The notes under the pieces: model-generated
The model's database searches: none
What the model was told of the DNA's origin: nothing
The model's input: only the letters and a program-made list of their open reading frames with translations
DNA from: Paragordius varius
Taxonomy: Eukaryota > Animalia > Nematomorpha
Length of the DNA: 64,000 nucleotides
Direction: 5' to 3'
Assembly: GCA_964247055.1 (NCBI GenBank)
Contig: OZ176052.1
Span: 6,448,001 to 6,512,000 of the forward strand
In this document: piece by piece, positions 50,510 through 64,000 of the stretch
Layout: each line of letters opens with the position of its first letter
Numbering within the stretch: the stretch's first letter is position 1
Made by a program: the position numbers and the translations under genes

Positions 50510-53300
50510 TTAATCCCGTTTATTTATGAGACCAATATGTATTACTACAAATTGATAGAATAAACCATATTATGCCTCCCATAATGTTAAATTTTGTCTA
50601 AAAAATATTAAGAATCCTGCCCAAACTAGTTCGTTTACATAGTGACACTAGTATTTTAACACTAAAAGCAAGCCAAAAACCGACAAGTAATTTACTTTTT
50701 TATTATGATTTATCAAACAACCTTTTTGGATAGAGGGGTATATTTTATACATAAGTCAGGTGTTTAAATTTTTTTTAATCGTTTAGATCAAGATTACAAT
50801 CGAAATCTTTTTGTGTGAGTACCCATTGTGCAATTTTTTAAGTAAAAACAAATGCCTTTTTAACAATATTAATTTCGCAAATAAACATTTTTTTGGCGTT
50901 AAAATTGTTATTACTGTTGATGTTACCTAGGTTATAATAGGGATAACTTTTGCCTTATTAATAGTTGAAATTATATTTTAAATGGATTGCGCGGTCCCGT
51001 ACACCCTATAAAATAGGTTTTTAGTTGATGAAAAGGTAAATGTTTATATTTCTATATCAGTAAATCAAACGAATAATTCAATCAAGCAAAAGCCTTTTTT
51101 AAATATTTTAGAGGTTAAGTTAATCACATCTGCCAAATTATATCCTTCACAATTGTTTTTGGAGTTTTTTTATTTAAAGCGCCTTTAAATGGTAGTATAA
51201 ATATAATAATGGACCCTTTAAGAAAAAAATCTGAAGACTAAATTTTTTTGAAACATTAAAGTATTAAAAAACATCAACAGGGAATTCTTTTATCAAATAT
51301 TATTTTAGTCCTTTGTCTTTATATTAATAATCTTGCGATATTATTTTGCTTATACACACAATTAAATGAATCTGAATCTATAAGATTTATTGTAAAACTT
51401 TGGACCGTTATAGAGATAAATAATATCTCTTCTCATTCAGCCAACAACATTGCGAGAAAAGGAAAAATGATGAGGACACAAAAATCCAGTAAGTTACATA
51501 CATATTGACCACAATGTTACATACATTTTTTGTGTTCCATTGAATAGCTAATAACATAGACACAAAAAAAATCAATAAATTAATTATAATTTTTTATTTT
51601 AAACTTTTTTAAACACACACTATACATGGATTTTATGGGAAAAGAGATGTTTTTAGTGTGTCTCTCTCTCTATCATTCTTCCCATTCCTGTATAATAAAT
51701 GTCCTTTTTGAATCAAAAACATTAATCATTTTACATCCTTCCATTAGAGTTTTTTTTTTCATTTTGTATAATGTATTGCACTGATGCAGCATATAAACCA
51801 AAAATAAATCATTAAAAATAAATCTCTAAAAAACGATTTTATTTTATTTTCCAATTTATTTATTTTTAATAACTTTTTATTAAATATTTATATAGTTTCT
51901 TTATGTTTATGGCTATTTTTAAAGACTTTTTAGATTAATAATAAATTGAAAATTTGATAATAATATGATTTAAACATGGGTTTTAATTTATAGTGACCAA
52001 ATGATATGATTATAATTAAATTTCAATTTATTGGCTTCAATCAAATCTCACTCTCTTTTCTTAATATCTTTAGTTAGTTGGTAATTAAATTTTACAAAAT
52101 AAATTTAAAATTAATAATTACGCGAATCAAAAATATTACTAGTTTATTTATATAATTCTTAAATATTCATGAAAATTTACTTAAAACAAATTAATATGGC
52201 ATTAATTTAAATTGAAAATATCTCCACTTGGAATATATAACTTTGTATAAAGGCCAAATTAAAATTATTATATTTTTGATTAAATGTTATTAGGTGGCTG
52301 ACTGTAATAAATATTCACGAAAAATTAATCGCTTATAAAGCAAAATGTTTCAGATCGAAATAGGATAATTTATTGGTTATATGTACTTAGTACTATTTCT
52401 ATTATCAAATTTTAGTTCAACTTTAATAAATCTTATCCCTCTATTTTCTTCCTAATATCAATAATCAAATTCTGAACGGAATAAATAAAAATAATTTATT
52501 CATAACTTTAACCCTTTGACACTGCTATGTTTGTGAGGTTAGTTCTCAATTTTGGAGTACCATGCACATAAAAATATGAGCATCTTTATAATTTTAGGAT
52601 TAATAAATTATAAAAATAAATTACTAGAAGAATAACTATTTTTCAAACAAATTGTGAATTGAACAAAACCATTATAAATGAAAAATGGTAAATAAATTAT
52701 TTTTTTGAAGTTAAATGGCAAAAATACCATTTATTTGAAAGATTGATAAATCATATAACATAGGCCAAATAAATCCAATTATTAATCTAATACTTTATTA
52801 GGTATTTAATTTTTTTTCACAAATTAAAATAGAATGTGACACATTGAAACGCTTTATCTTACTAATTGGCACAGTTTCTCTTTTAGGGAACGCAAAAATT
52901 CATATTTTTATTCTTTTAAAAATCATTATACCTATTGAAAATGAAATAAATATCTATATATCAACCTATAATAAACCATGTAAAATTTCTCTTAAAACCA
53001 ATAATGACATAAAATCTTATAATATTTTTAATGATAATCAAGTGTAGTAATTATTTATGATAATTTTTACATATCTATCTGTCTCTTGGGATGTTTAATG
53101 ATTATTATTAACCACACATATTATTATTATAATTGCACTATTTATATGCGGAAAATATTTGATTTTTTTGTTTTTACAATATTGCATATATAAAAATTAT
53201 TTTATTTTAAGTTGCCAGCCTCCAATACGTATTGTAAAAAGGACATAGTTTTTGTGTGAATTTGGCCATGGTTTTATAACGATTTTTGGAACATCAGACC

Positions 53301-53834
53301 TAACATCTAGATCCAAATTGGGGTATCTAGGGACCCCAGACTGTTAATATTTTCAAAAAAACTATTGAAAAAATAACAATAATTTATGCTTCTATCCTAA
53401 TAAAAATTATACAAATAAGCCAAAATATCTAATTAATATTTTGTTTTGAAAAGTTTTATATCAAACAACTTCAACGCCATTTTATTTAACAACATTTTTA
53501 CAAAATATCATGTTTATTTTATTTTAACGGTTAAATTAAAGCTATTTTTTTAATTTGTAATATTGATATAAGAAAAAATGGTTTATAGTTTCATTTAGCT
53601 AATGCACACATGTCATGTTAACTATTAACTCGAGGTTTAACCATAAACTAAGTGATATCAAGTTTTTTAATCAATCTTTTTTATACTTTGGTGCATCAAT
53701 GTTATATAAGTGCAAACTTTTGCATTGGTTACAATTTGTTCCATATTATTAGAAATATTTGAAATTAAACAGGCCTGTAGGCCCCAAAGGCCCCGATTTG
53801 AATGCGAGGATGGAAATAAATGTGTTGTATCCAA
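53301..53834 (+). mobile_element. Degenerate copy of the piggyBac-like element
   Basis: CAAATTGGGGTATCTAG left end; shared internal blocks; AAACAGGCCTG...TGTGTTGTATCCAA right end. Confidence 0.65.
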
Positions 53835-54074
53835 AAATTTAGAGTGAGTTCCCAAGTTATTTATACCATTTTTAAGAGTTTTGTGATTTTTGGGGTAGAA
53901 GCAGGAATATTTCGTTTAATATTAAAATCTGTTCTGGTATTTATAAACGATTTCAAATCGCTTTGAGTAAAGAGACTTAGCCTTAAACATGGAGTATATC
54001 GTAGTGTATATGATATATATGCAGAACATTTGCAAAAATGTGAGAGTTAAAAAATCTTGATCAATGCCATAGAG

Positions 54075-55575
54075 CAGTGGTACTCACCAAAAAATTTGAC
54101 GGGCCGAAAAAATTATCTAGTTTCTAGGGACGTGCATTATATACCATTTCCCAGTCAATCGAAACGTTTTCCCAGTCAATCGAAACATTTCCCAATCAAT
54201 AAAAACGGTTTTATTTTTGATAATAAATATTAAAACAAGATATAAAAATAACTTTAAACCATTATCAGCGTAATATATGGAGATTATTTTTTATAAAAAC
54301 ACATTTATTGAATGACAATTTTCCCAAGTATATTCCAGTGCACAATCATTAATGACTTATTCTTTAAGGTTATATTTTTGGAATTCGAGAGGTTTTTAAG
54401 ATAATATATTTATTTTATCGATGGTTCGCAATAATATTTGCGGCTAACTTAAAAAATCTATAGTTACGGAAATAATAAAATACAAAATTATACCATTTTT
54501 ATCTCAAAGGTATTTAACACTTCATATTGGATCTTAAACATAAATTTTACCCTAATTTTATAATATTTATTATTTGGTTCCTCGGGAGCCTAAGGCGGCC
54601 TTCCGAGTATCTTTGTGCGGCCCGCGAAAAATTTGGAAATCCATATGCAAATATATGCCCACAAAATCTTAGTAATATTCATATCTTACGCAATTATTAT
54701 GAATGAGTCTATTAAATTGGTAACGAATTAAAAAAAATGTTATATTGTGTTTGTATTTTACAGTCTTGTTAATCGAATATGTGAAAGCCCGTATATATTT
54801 TGAATGCGGAACGGTGTGCTTTTTTGAGATAAAAATGCGGCCTGCGACGGAATTTAGTTGGACACCCTTGTTTTAGTCAAATATCCTTTTCATTAAATAT
54901 TTTTACAAAAACATTTTTATCAAAAAAAATTTTCGTTTAGATATTTTTTCCGACAGTATTTTTATCGACAAACTTGACGTTAAAAACTGTTGTCAACGTT
55001 CCGCTATTAATGCGAACCATCGATAAAATAAAAAATATTATTTAAATAATATTTCAAATTCCAAAAAATATAACTTTTGAAGAATAAGTCATTAATGATT
55101 GTGCACTGAACAATTGGAAAATTGTCATTCAATAATTGTGTTTTTAATTAAAAATAATCTCCATATATTACGCTGGTAATGGTTAAAAGTTGTTTTTATA
55201 TTCTTGTTTTGATATTTATCATCAAAAATAAAACCGTTTCTATTGACTGGGAAAACGTTTTTATTGATTGGGAAAATGTTTTTATTGACTAGGAAAATGT
55301 TTCGATTGACTGGGAAAACGTTTCGATTGACTGGGAAAATGTTTCAATTGACTGGGAAATCTTTTCGATTGACTGGGAAAATGTTTCGATTGATTGGGAA
55401 AATGTTTGGATTGACTGGGAAACGTTTATTTTGACTGAGAAATGGTATATAATACCGATAAAAATTTCATAGTTTTTGGACACATTTGCCGATATTTATA
55501 CTCAAAATAATACATTCATATTTAAATAATTAATTTAGGGCCATAACTTTTAGGGCCGCGGTTTGAGTACCACTG
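54075..55575. mobile_element. hAT-like MITE containing the family C foldback
   Basis: CAGTGGTACTCA...TGAGTACCACTG 12-bp perfect terminal inverted repeat; no clear target-site duplication. Confidence 0.7.
54140..55449. mobile_element. Foldback element family C
   Basis: TATACCATTTCCCAG...GAGAAATGGTATA; arms about 54140-54432 and 55008-55449; 3 versus 10 units of the 21-mer TTTTCCCAGTCAATCGAAAC(A/G). Confidence 0.88.
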
Positions 55576-55933
55576 CTTGTGTAGAAATTGAATTTAACTT
55601 TACAATAGCTTTTTTATAATTTTTTATATTTAAAAATGCTACTGATTTAAGCTCACATGCACAGTCGGTGACGTTATAATCGCTTTTATTAAAATGGCCA
55701 TTTGCTAAAACATATTTCATGTGATTTCCATTAAAATATTCGGGTTCAAGTCAGGGCAAGCAGGATATGTGAAATTTTGCATATATAATTATAAAAATCA
55801 TGTTTTGATGACATTTACAAAACTTAGGTCCCGTTTCCTACTATTGCATAATAATCAGATACTTACGACTCTGATTTTAAGTAGTATGTGAGCAGAATTT
55901 AATTATTGTATTTATCACATATATTCTTTGTAC

Positions 55934-55987
<54 letters not shown>

Positions 55988-56235
55988 AGATTATTTATGT
56001 TGAGTAACCATGATTTAATTTTACGAATTGCGTCATTAATTTGAATGTATGATGTAATCTAGTTTCTAAAAAAATGGTCATAAAAGTTGTAAATTTAAAA
56101 TTTAAATTAAATATTCATTAAGTTGAAAAAATTAAAATTTATTACATAGATATATATAAACTTGATCAACATTCACTCTTTCCATAATTAAAAATTATAT
56201 TCTCACAAAATTTCCAGATATATTTGATTAATATC

Positions 56236-59200
56236 ATGTCCGGGATTTTCAAAAAATGTCAATGCCTGGGACAAGAAGACTTTACGCCAAACAGCTCTTA
56301 CAATCTCACCACTAATCTTTCAAATGTCACAAATGCCAATATTTTGGCAATATCATCGTCATCAAACAAACATATCATAAGTGCTGGTAACAAGCTAAAA
56401 TTGGAACTTCAACACCAAGGATTAGAGGATTTACCAAGTTACTATCTCCTATATGATCGTGTTTTGGAGGAATTACATCTTGAAAGCAATAACCTTGTGG
56501 CCATACCAAAGATTATTGCATATTTTACGCAACTTCGATATCTCAATTTGGCAGAAAACGAGATTAACGTGTTAAATTCTAGCCTAGGAGAACTCAAACA
56601 TTTGTCTGAATTGGATGTGTCCAAAAACAGTATTATTTAATATTTTAAATATGATACAAATATTGTATTAATATTATGTTATATATATATATATATATAT
56701 ATAATTTCCCTTTAAAGAGTGAAAGAACCTATTTAATTAATTACTGAAAGTGGTTTGCCGTAATATTTTTCTATGTGATTACAAATTGGTTATAATTAAC
56801 AATTTAACACATTTTATGAACACCAGGATGTTACATCTAATTAAGCTCCAATCCATTCATTAATATATTAGTTTTCTATATAGTAAAAAATTTTTAATTA
56901 CACTACTGGGTACGTATTATAATACCATAAACCCCGCGAAATACTTTAATTATAACATAAAATTAATTTTTTAAGGAAATACAATATTTATTCACAAAAA
57001 TAAAATGATAATAGGCTAATGTGACCAGATATTAAGAACCTTGACGCAGTACAAAATTAAAAATAAAATATAAATTTATTTAAATTTGAGGTCGTTTTTG
57101 CAGAAGCCCTGAGTGAAAGGGCCATTATCCTAAATCTGGAGTCTGATATTTATGGCTGTCACAGTGCGTGAATGGCTGCATTCATAAGCAATTTGACCGG
57201 TCTAAAACCCAATTCCATGTATAATTAGAGCATAAAAAATATTAAAAGGCCATAGTTTTTAAACAAAAAAAGAACCATTTATTTTTTTAAAAAGGGTACT
57301 CTATCCAATTCTACAAAAAAATTTGCATAAAAAAAAGGTAAAGACGTATTTATAAAAAAAATTATTTCAAAAAGCAGTACAAAATTCAGCGCAGTACAAG
57401 CGCGTTTTTTTCGAAAAATCAGTACGGTACTGCGAAAAACAGCCTATATGGTCACTATATAATAGGCTTCACAATAACGTTTATGAAACCGATATATATT
57501 TATATAGGCATATATAAAGTCTGTCAAATTTTGGGTTTCTGTTACATTTTGGGAAATTTAATTTTAAAGACATAACGGAAAATCTATAAAAATGGGAGTC
57601 AAAGCATCATATGAGAGAAATACAAAACACCAATTATATGTTAAACAGCTGATTACCATGTTTTGTTTATTCTGAACTATAATTGAAATATTTATCATTT
57701 ATAATAATAGTAGGTGCATAAAAAATAATATACCATGTAAGCCTCGATTAAAATTTTTTTTTGCTCAATTTTAGTGAGAGCTTTGGTGAAAATTTGTGAA
57801 ATAAGTTAAACCATGCTCCTTAAATGCGATCCAAGAGTCATATAATTTTTTATTAATTTATATTATTGCTAAAATATGAAAAAATTCAATTTGAACTGAC
57901 AATAATTTTTGAATGATAGCCAATTTTATAGCTTTATTTACATCACGTTTATTAAAACTATATGACGAATGGGAGTACTTAAAAATCATTGAGATTTTGA
58001 AATGTATCGATTGTATATAAAAGTTTTAGCATATATAAATTTAAATTATATGTTTTACCGAAGCTTTTAGGATAATTTTAGCATATTTTATATTAAACAT
58101 CCCATACCGTTTGTAAATATTTAAAATTAAACATTGGGCATTTTAATTTTTTGCCACTTAAAAATTTTGTTATTGTTTTTTGTATTTACTCTTCTCTGGC
58201 GTTCGATCCCCAATTAATAAATACAAACAAATTTAGTATCTAGCGGCTTAGTTTCGTTTTGCAAGAGATGACTAAATATGTAACACCATGTATTTAACTA
58301 CTAAATAGGTTAAATTTGTAGAGGGCCATCCTAAATAGGAATCAGAAATATATTCGTTTTATAAATCGAAAAAACTCCAAAGGTTTCTCTTCTATATGGT
58401 CAACGAAATCGAAAAATATTATCTAGCACGGATTAACACAAATAAATTAAAAACTTACTAATTGGTATCCTAAAAGTTTTGTATAGACAAATGGATGATG
58501 GAAGAAAGAATATAATATAGTAAAAACAACTTTTTTAAATAAAGTCGGTAAAATAAAAACATCATGCTTATAAATTAATATTTTTGGTTTTATTACCATA
58601 TACTAGAAAAACTCTGATAGTGTCTGGTCATAAAGCTGTTTTAAATATTTAGACGTTCCAGTTCCGTTTATTTTTTATGAGCGGAAAGGATACCGGCATC
58701 ATATAAAACTATACGTTTCTTAATCCGAGATTTTTTCAATGTTTATAGATTGTGATCCGGCTTTTCTTATTCTGAGTATAAAGTAAATATGCCAATATTA
58801 TATAGTTTTTTCACCATTTTTTGGATGTTTTTCCAGATATTATAATTTTTTTCATGATTTTGATAGATGTTACGTGTGTCCATGATGCCGTGGCTAAATG
58901 CAATAATTTAAAGATCCTAAATATTAGTGTAAATCCCTTAAAAATCTTACCCGATCCAATCAGTAAATTGGAATCATTGACACAACTGTATTTGAATGAA
59001 ACGCAATTGGATGATATTCCAGAAGCTTTGGGAAAGTACAAAATGAATAATATTGATTTTACAGTTTTTATAATTTTCAAAATTAAATTTTATATGTGAA
59101 TAATTTTTTAGCCTAAATAAATTGAAAATTTTGGAGCTGCGTGAAAACAATTTGACTAGTCTTCCCAAATCTCTTTGTATGATGACAATATTGGAACGAT

Positions 59201-62200
59201 TAGATATCGGGAACAACAATTTTACAGAATTGGTAAATATAATTATATTAATTATGTGGTCTAAATAATTTGTATGAGGGAGGCTTTAAAAATTTCCTTT
59301 GAACATATATTAAATCATCACTTAGATTTGTATTTTGTCATAAAAGACGGATAAAAATTAAAATTATTTTATTTGCATATCTTTTTTACCATGTAGGAAT
59401 TGAAAAAGCACCGTTTTTGTAGAAGTGAAACGCTTTTTAGAACTGGAACCGAGGCTCCAAACTATTCCATAAAATATGTGTTTTTCTTTAATCTTAATTC
59501 CGTCTTATCATAATTATGTTAAATTGTTTCTATTTTAAATGATTAATATATTGTTTTAATTTAGACAAAATTTGCACGCGAAAAATTTCGTATATCTATA
59601 TATATTTACTATTTATTGTCCAGTACAGGGTATCACAATAATTAGGATATAATTAATTTATAAAGATGAGAACCAATTAACCAAAAAAACAATGGTCCCG
59701 AAACCAAAATATTCCCATATTTTTTTTAATTTAAAAATTTGTTTGACCGAAACAAAAACGAGATCGTTTCAGTTCCAAATCACATCATATACCATTAATC
59801 TTATATTTTTATACAATTTAAGCCAGATGTAATTGGGACGCTTTTTTCGCTCAAAGAACTGTGGTGTGATTTGAATGAGTTGACCACCATACCATCAGTA
59901 TTAATTTATCTAAATATAAATAAATATTATGTAATCAATGATTAGTATTATTATATAGGATTAATTTAAATTTCAATCAAGGTCCACCTTATATTAAAAA
60001 TATTTGCATTATTTTAAGGATATAATACTTTTCTTATATAGTATCCATTTAAATTATAAACCGTAATAGTTCTTAGAAATTTTAATATGATTACTATTTC
60101 TCAAAAAAATTTATTATTTATCCACTTTAGTTTATCGGATGCCTAAAGTCGCTGGAATGTTTGGATGCTTGTAGGAACAAAATATTTTCTATATCAAATG
60201 ATGTTTCTGGATGCTCTATGCTTACAGATTTGCACGTTAGTTTCAATCACTTAAAAGAAATTCCTGAATCGCTATGTAATAATTTTAAAACTTATTTCAT
60301 ATAAGTAAAATGAGTAAACTTTTGTACAATTATCCTACTCAGGTAGGTCCCCTTTCTCTGAAAAGGTTATGGGCCACATCAAGTTTTTTATTGTTAAAGT
60401 TGTGCTCTGATCGTAGAAAACTTTGATCATCCATTCTTATATCTATTTTTTTTATTACCAAATGTTATACTAATAGGTCAACTCAATAGGCTGGAAATGG
60501 TTAAAATAGATTCCAATCAACTGACAAAATTACCAGACAGACCCTTAAACAGCGAAAGAATAGTTGAGCTTATACTCACCAACAATTGTTTAGCCAAGTT
60601 GCCATCATGGATATCCAGACTCAAGCAGATGCATATTCTAAACATTGATGATAATTTGTTGGACGAATTACCCAAAGAGATTGGGGAATGTTCTAGTCTT
60701 AGTATTCTTTCGTGCAGAAATAATCGGCTTAATCGGTTACCTGATGAACTAGGGTCCTTAACTAACCTCAAAGTCCTAAACTTGTGTGATAATAAATTGA
60801 AACGATTACCTATCACCCTTTTGAAATTAACCAATATCACAGCTTTATGGTTAGCTAAAAATCAAGTAATTCATTGCCTATTAACGTGTGTATTTAGGAG
60901 TTTAGTTTCCTTTGGAGAAATTACATTTTTTAAATATGTTGAACGATCGGGGATCTTTCTTTTGGGGTCAAACGCCATAAAAAACAATGCGCCAAATAAC
61001 TATTATAATATTGACACTTTATAAAACTGAAATCAAACCAAATTTGCTTCTTAATTTGTTACATATAGGTGGAAAATCACTAAAAGTAATAATTTTATTT
61101 AAAATAACGTTTTCAGGACATTTAATGGTTAAATAAAGCTTAATATAAAATCTATTATATCAAATTAAATCATATAAATCCAATTTTTATTATCAGGTTA
61201 AGTGTCGTACCTCGTGGTATCTAAAAAGCATGGCGTAAATTTCAAGTGTTTGAATTTAGTTGCCTATCTTCTAAATAACAAGTTAATGTAAGGTTGATGT
61301 AAAGCTCATGGTGAAAAAGGCACGGCTAAATTTATGACATGCTAAATAGCTTTAACAAACAAATTTGATTGCATACTAAAGTTAATTTAGCGTAACTTCA
61401 TAAATTTTAACTGTCCTTGTGACATCAAAAATTTAGCAAACCCTACTTTTCTTTTAAAATGAGCCATAGGTTTTTTAACTGTATGTCACTAATATTTTTT
61501 TAAAATATGAACTTTAAGCACTTTACCATATATTAAGTCATAGCAAAAATACTGGAAATCCCTGTGACGCATTTTCGTTTTTCTTGTTGGATCTGACTGA
61601 TGTACACTCATGACGGTGATCGCTTAAAAAACCTAATCATATGATTATATCACCTCATAATTTGGTATAAAATTAAAAGTTAATCTGAAAATATTTTGTT
61701 TATTACACTGCTCAACAAGGTTTTGCACCACCCCATTATTTTTGCATTTTCTGATACCTAATGGCATAGACAAGCCAAAACAAAAAAGAAAATTGAGGCC
61801 ACCAATAGGATTTTTCCAAAATTTAATTTTTAAATTTGTATTTAATTCAAAAATAACAATCATTCCTCGTGTACATATGTTTAAATATTCAAACAAGCAA
61901 GTCGATACAAGTAATATTCCATGCATGGATAACAAATTCTAGGCATTAAATAAGATACTAAACAAGCTAAGAGCCAAAGTATTAAAAATCTAAAAGGGCT
62001 TAGTATAGTGTGATAGATCCGGGCGGCTGCACAAGCTCTGCATATCCCCCAAGCGATCCTATAATTATGCCAGATGTGGCAAAGATAACAATAAGTAATC
62101 GTAAAGTCCGATAAGAGAGACTTGCAAGCAAAATCCAGGCAAATTGACATGTCAAATTAACATATTTACAGAATAAAGTTAGATAAATACAATTAAATTG

Positions 62201-64000
62201 AATATAAATTAGGTAAATACAAATGGTCCAACCCCATAAGAGTAAATTCTACTAAAAGTTGCTACACAACATCCATCTGAAATTCAAAATACAATACAAC
62301 CAATAATTTTAAAAAAATAAGGTATATCCACTAGGTATAAATAAAGAATTTTTTATAAGAACCAACTCAAGAGAAAAAGTCTAATAAGTACTCGAAAGAA
62401 CGAAAATTAACAAAAAATATAGCCTATCTGAAAGCCGAAGGTTTAAACCATAGAATGCCTTTTTAGTATTTTTAAAAAAAATTTTGTATGTGTTAAAAAT
62501 TCACTTGAAAAAAAAGACTAAATTTTGACGTTTAAGTCCGTACTATTTTTTTCTCTCTGATATTTAAATGACATATTTATATTCAAAAGATAGAGTTTAA
62601 AACGCTTTATTAAATGATATTAATTTCATAATATAATAACATATAATTATAAAGTTATATTTAATTTTCTCTCGATTTTCACTTGTTTTTGAAAAATTGA
62701 AAAACTATAAAATTTCAAAATTCTGATTGGCGGGATCAAAATTTTTTTCAAATTCGGTTTTAAACACTGAAATTGTCATAATTTAAAAAGTTTGGGTGGT
62801 GGTGCTAAAAAATGTCCAAATTTGTCGACTAGTGTTATCAATAATGGTTTTTACCCTTTTTAGCAATTTGGGTGGTGTTTTTGTAAATAGACACATAAAT
62901 TTCCAATTTTGCGTCTCAATTGACTGCTCATCAATTCTATTATTTTTTGAAATTCAACCTATTTGGCACTTGACTACGAGGTTTATAATTTAAATTCTAA
63001 AAGCCCTACTTTAAAAAATTTATCAGTACGTATTAACGGACAAAATATTTGTCACAAATCAAATAAATAAATATTACAAAATCAGAAAATATTTGTAAAC
63101 TTTTAGGCTATTCCATTAATACCGTTGCAAGTGGATTATGATGTCGCGATCAAGAAACAATATTTGACATGCGTTTTATTGCCTCAAAAAGAGACAGAAG
63201 AACCATCTTTGGCATCAACGGAAGATAATAAAGTATTCAATACTTTATTATTTACGTTTTAACACTTTTTCATTTTGCAAAAACGCTTATAAAATAGTTT
63301 CTTGATTTATAAACTCTTTCAAATACAAACTTCCTTTTTTTAGTTTATTTATATCATTAAATCATATCATCCGATCATTATAATTTATAACCATAATTAG
63401 GGAACGTCAATAATATTTATAATTAGGCAAATTATATTGTATAAATGCTATATTTTAAGGATGGAACTCTGACTACTGAAGATGGTAGCAAAGATAGCGT
63501 CTGCAACAAAAAACTCAAGTCTCGTGTAACTTTTGATTTAGTAGCTAATGGGCCCAATGGTTATTCGTTTTTTATGTGTTAATTTACAGTTTTTTCCATG
63601 ATTTTACATATAACATTTATGTCATTACAATTTATTAAACTCAAATAAATTTTGATTTAAAATAAAAAATATTTATTTAACATGAATTTAATTTTTGGAT
63701 TATTTTTTATATAAGTCATATTTATTTTAAATAGGTATATTGCAGTAACTCAGTTTTATTTTTGCATTTAATATGAATAGTTACACATATATTCTGGAAT
63801 ACATTTAGTTAAGCTTAATTTCAATATAAAACCGCTTAATAGATTTTCACTCATATGTTTTGCGTAATATTAAAACAGGTAATGGGATTTGGGAACGATT
63901 AAACAATAAATTCATTAAAGATAGAGTTGCCTCTTCCGAGCTAGCCGTGGGATCTAAATTGAATTCAACAGCGGCTCCACGAACTGAATTAAAGAGTATC
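56236..64000 (+). CDS. LAP-family LRR protein (Erbin/Densin/Scribble/LRRC1-like); 3' end beyond the window
   Basis: MSGIFKKCQCLG N-terminus; LRRs LEELHLESNNL, LSELDVSKN, SVNPLKILPD, LTQLYLNE, LKILELRENNL, LERLDIGNN, LKELWCD and ALWLAKNQ; LAP-specific segment AIPLIPLQ...YLTCVLLPQ at about 63107-63230. No PDZ domain is visible within the window. Confidence 0.88.
57018..57458. mobile_element. TIR element with an 8-10 bp target-site duplication (Mutator- or hAT-like)
   Basis: ATAATAGGCT direct repeat on both flanks; GTGACCAGATA...TATATGGTCAC termini; internal GCAGTAC repeats. Confidence 0.6.

Noticed and set aside
61640-62400. Decayed coding-like tract in a LAP intron (CRAC...H motif on the minus strand); similar tracts at about 45550-46050 and 48600-49140
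   Set aside because: Many stops and no diagnostic motif I can support; probably old transposon debris and would need a translated search.
1-64000. Alternative genetic code, stop readthrough or non-canonical introns
   Set aside because: All reconstructed genes read through with the standard code and GT-AG introns; no in-frame stops fall at conserved positions.
1-64000. tRNA, rRNA or snRNA genes
   Set aside because: None recognised by eye; a tRNAscan-SE or Infernal run would be needed to exclude them.

Overview
Very AT-rich, intron-containing eukaryotic DNA. The gene set (Erbin/Scribble-type LAP protein, classical PTP) points to an animal, and the 23-31 nt introns suggest a highly derived, possibly parasitic lineage; the taxon is inference only. 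I reconstructed seven protein-coding genes by hand from GT-AG sites and reading phase: an unidentified gene (+, 5' end outside the window), DNAJA-type Hsp40 (-), a tandem-domain protein tyrosine phosphatase (+), intronless C1QBP/p32 (-), GMP synthase (+), OGFOD1/Tpa1 prolyl hydroxylase (-), and an LRR/LAPSD LAP-family gene (+, running off the end). DNAJA/PTP and C1QBP/GMPS are head-to-head pairs with only about 123 and 155 bp between start codons. Introns and intergenic DNA are packed with non-autonomous transposon derivatives: piggyBac-like, hAT-like and Tc1/mariner-like MITEs, an RTE-type LINE fossil, and three palindromic foldback families sharing TATACC termini and 21-bp subterminal arrays. 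Most notable observations: (1) a dispersed repeat carrying a minimal type I hammerhead ribozyme, with both copies in introns in the sense orientation; (2) the TATACC/21-bp foldback group; (3) a predicted cytosolic PTP with an active domain followed by a pseudophosphatase domain; (4) a Cys-rich insertion of about 280 aa inside GMP synthase; (5) 23-31 nt micro-introns coexisting with a 5 kb intron. All gene models are manual predictions without transcript data. Most short ORFs in the supplied track are spurious.
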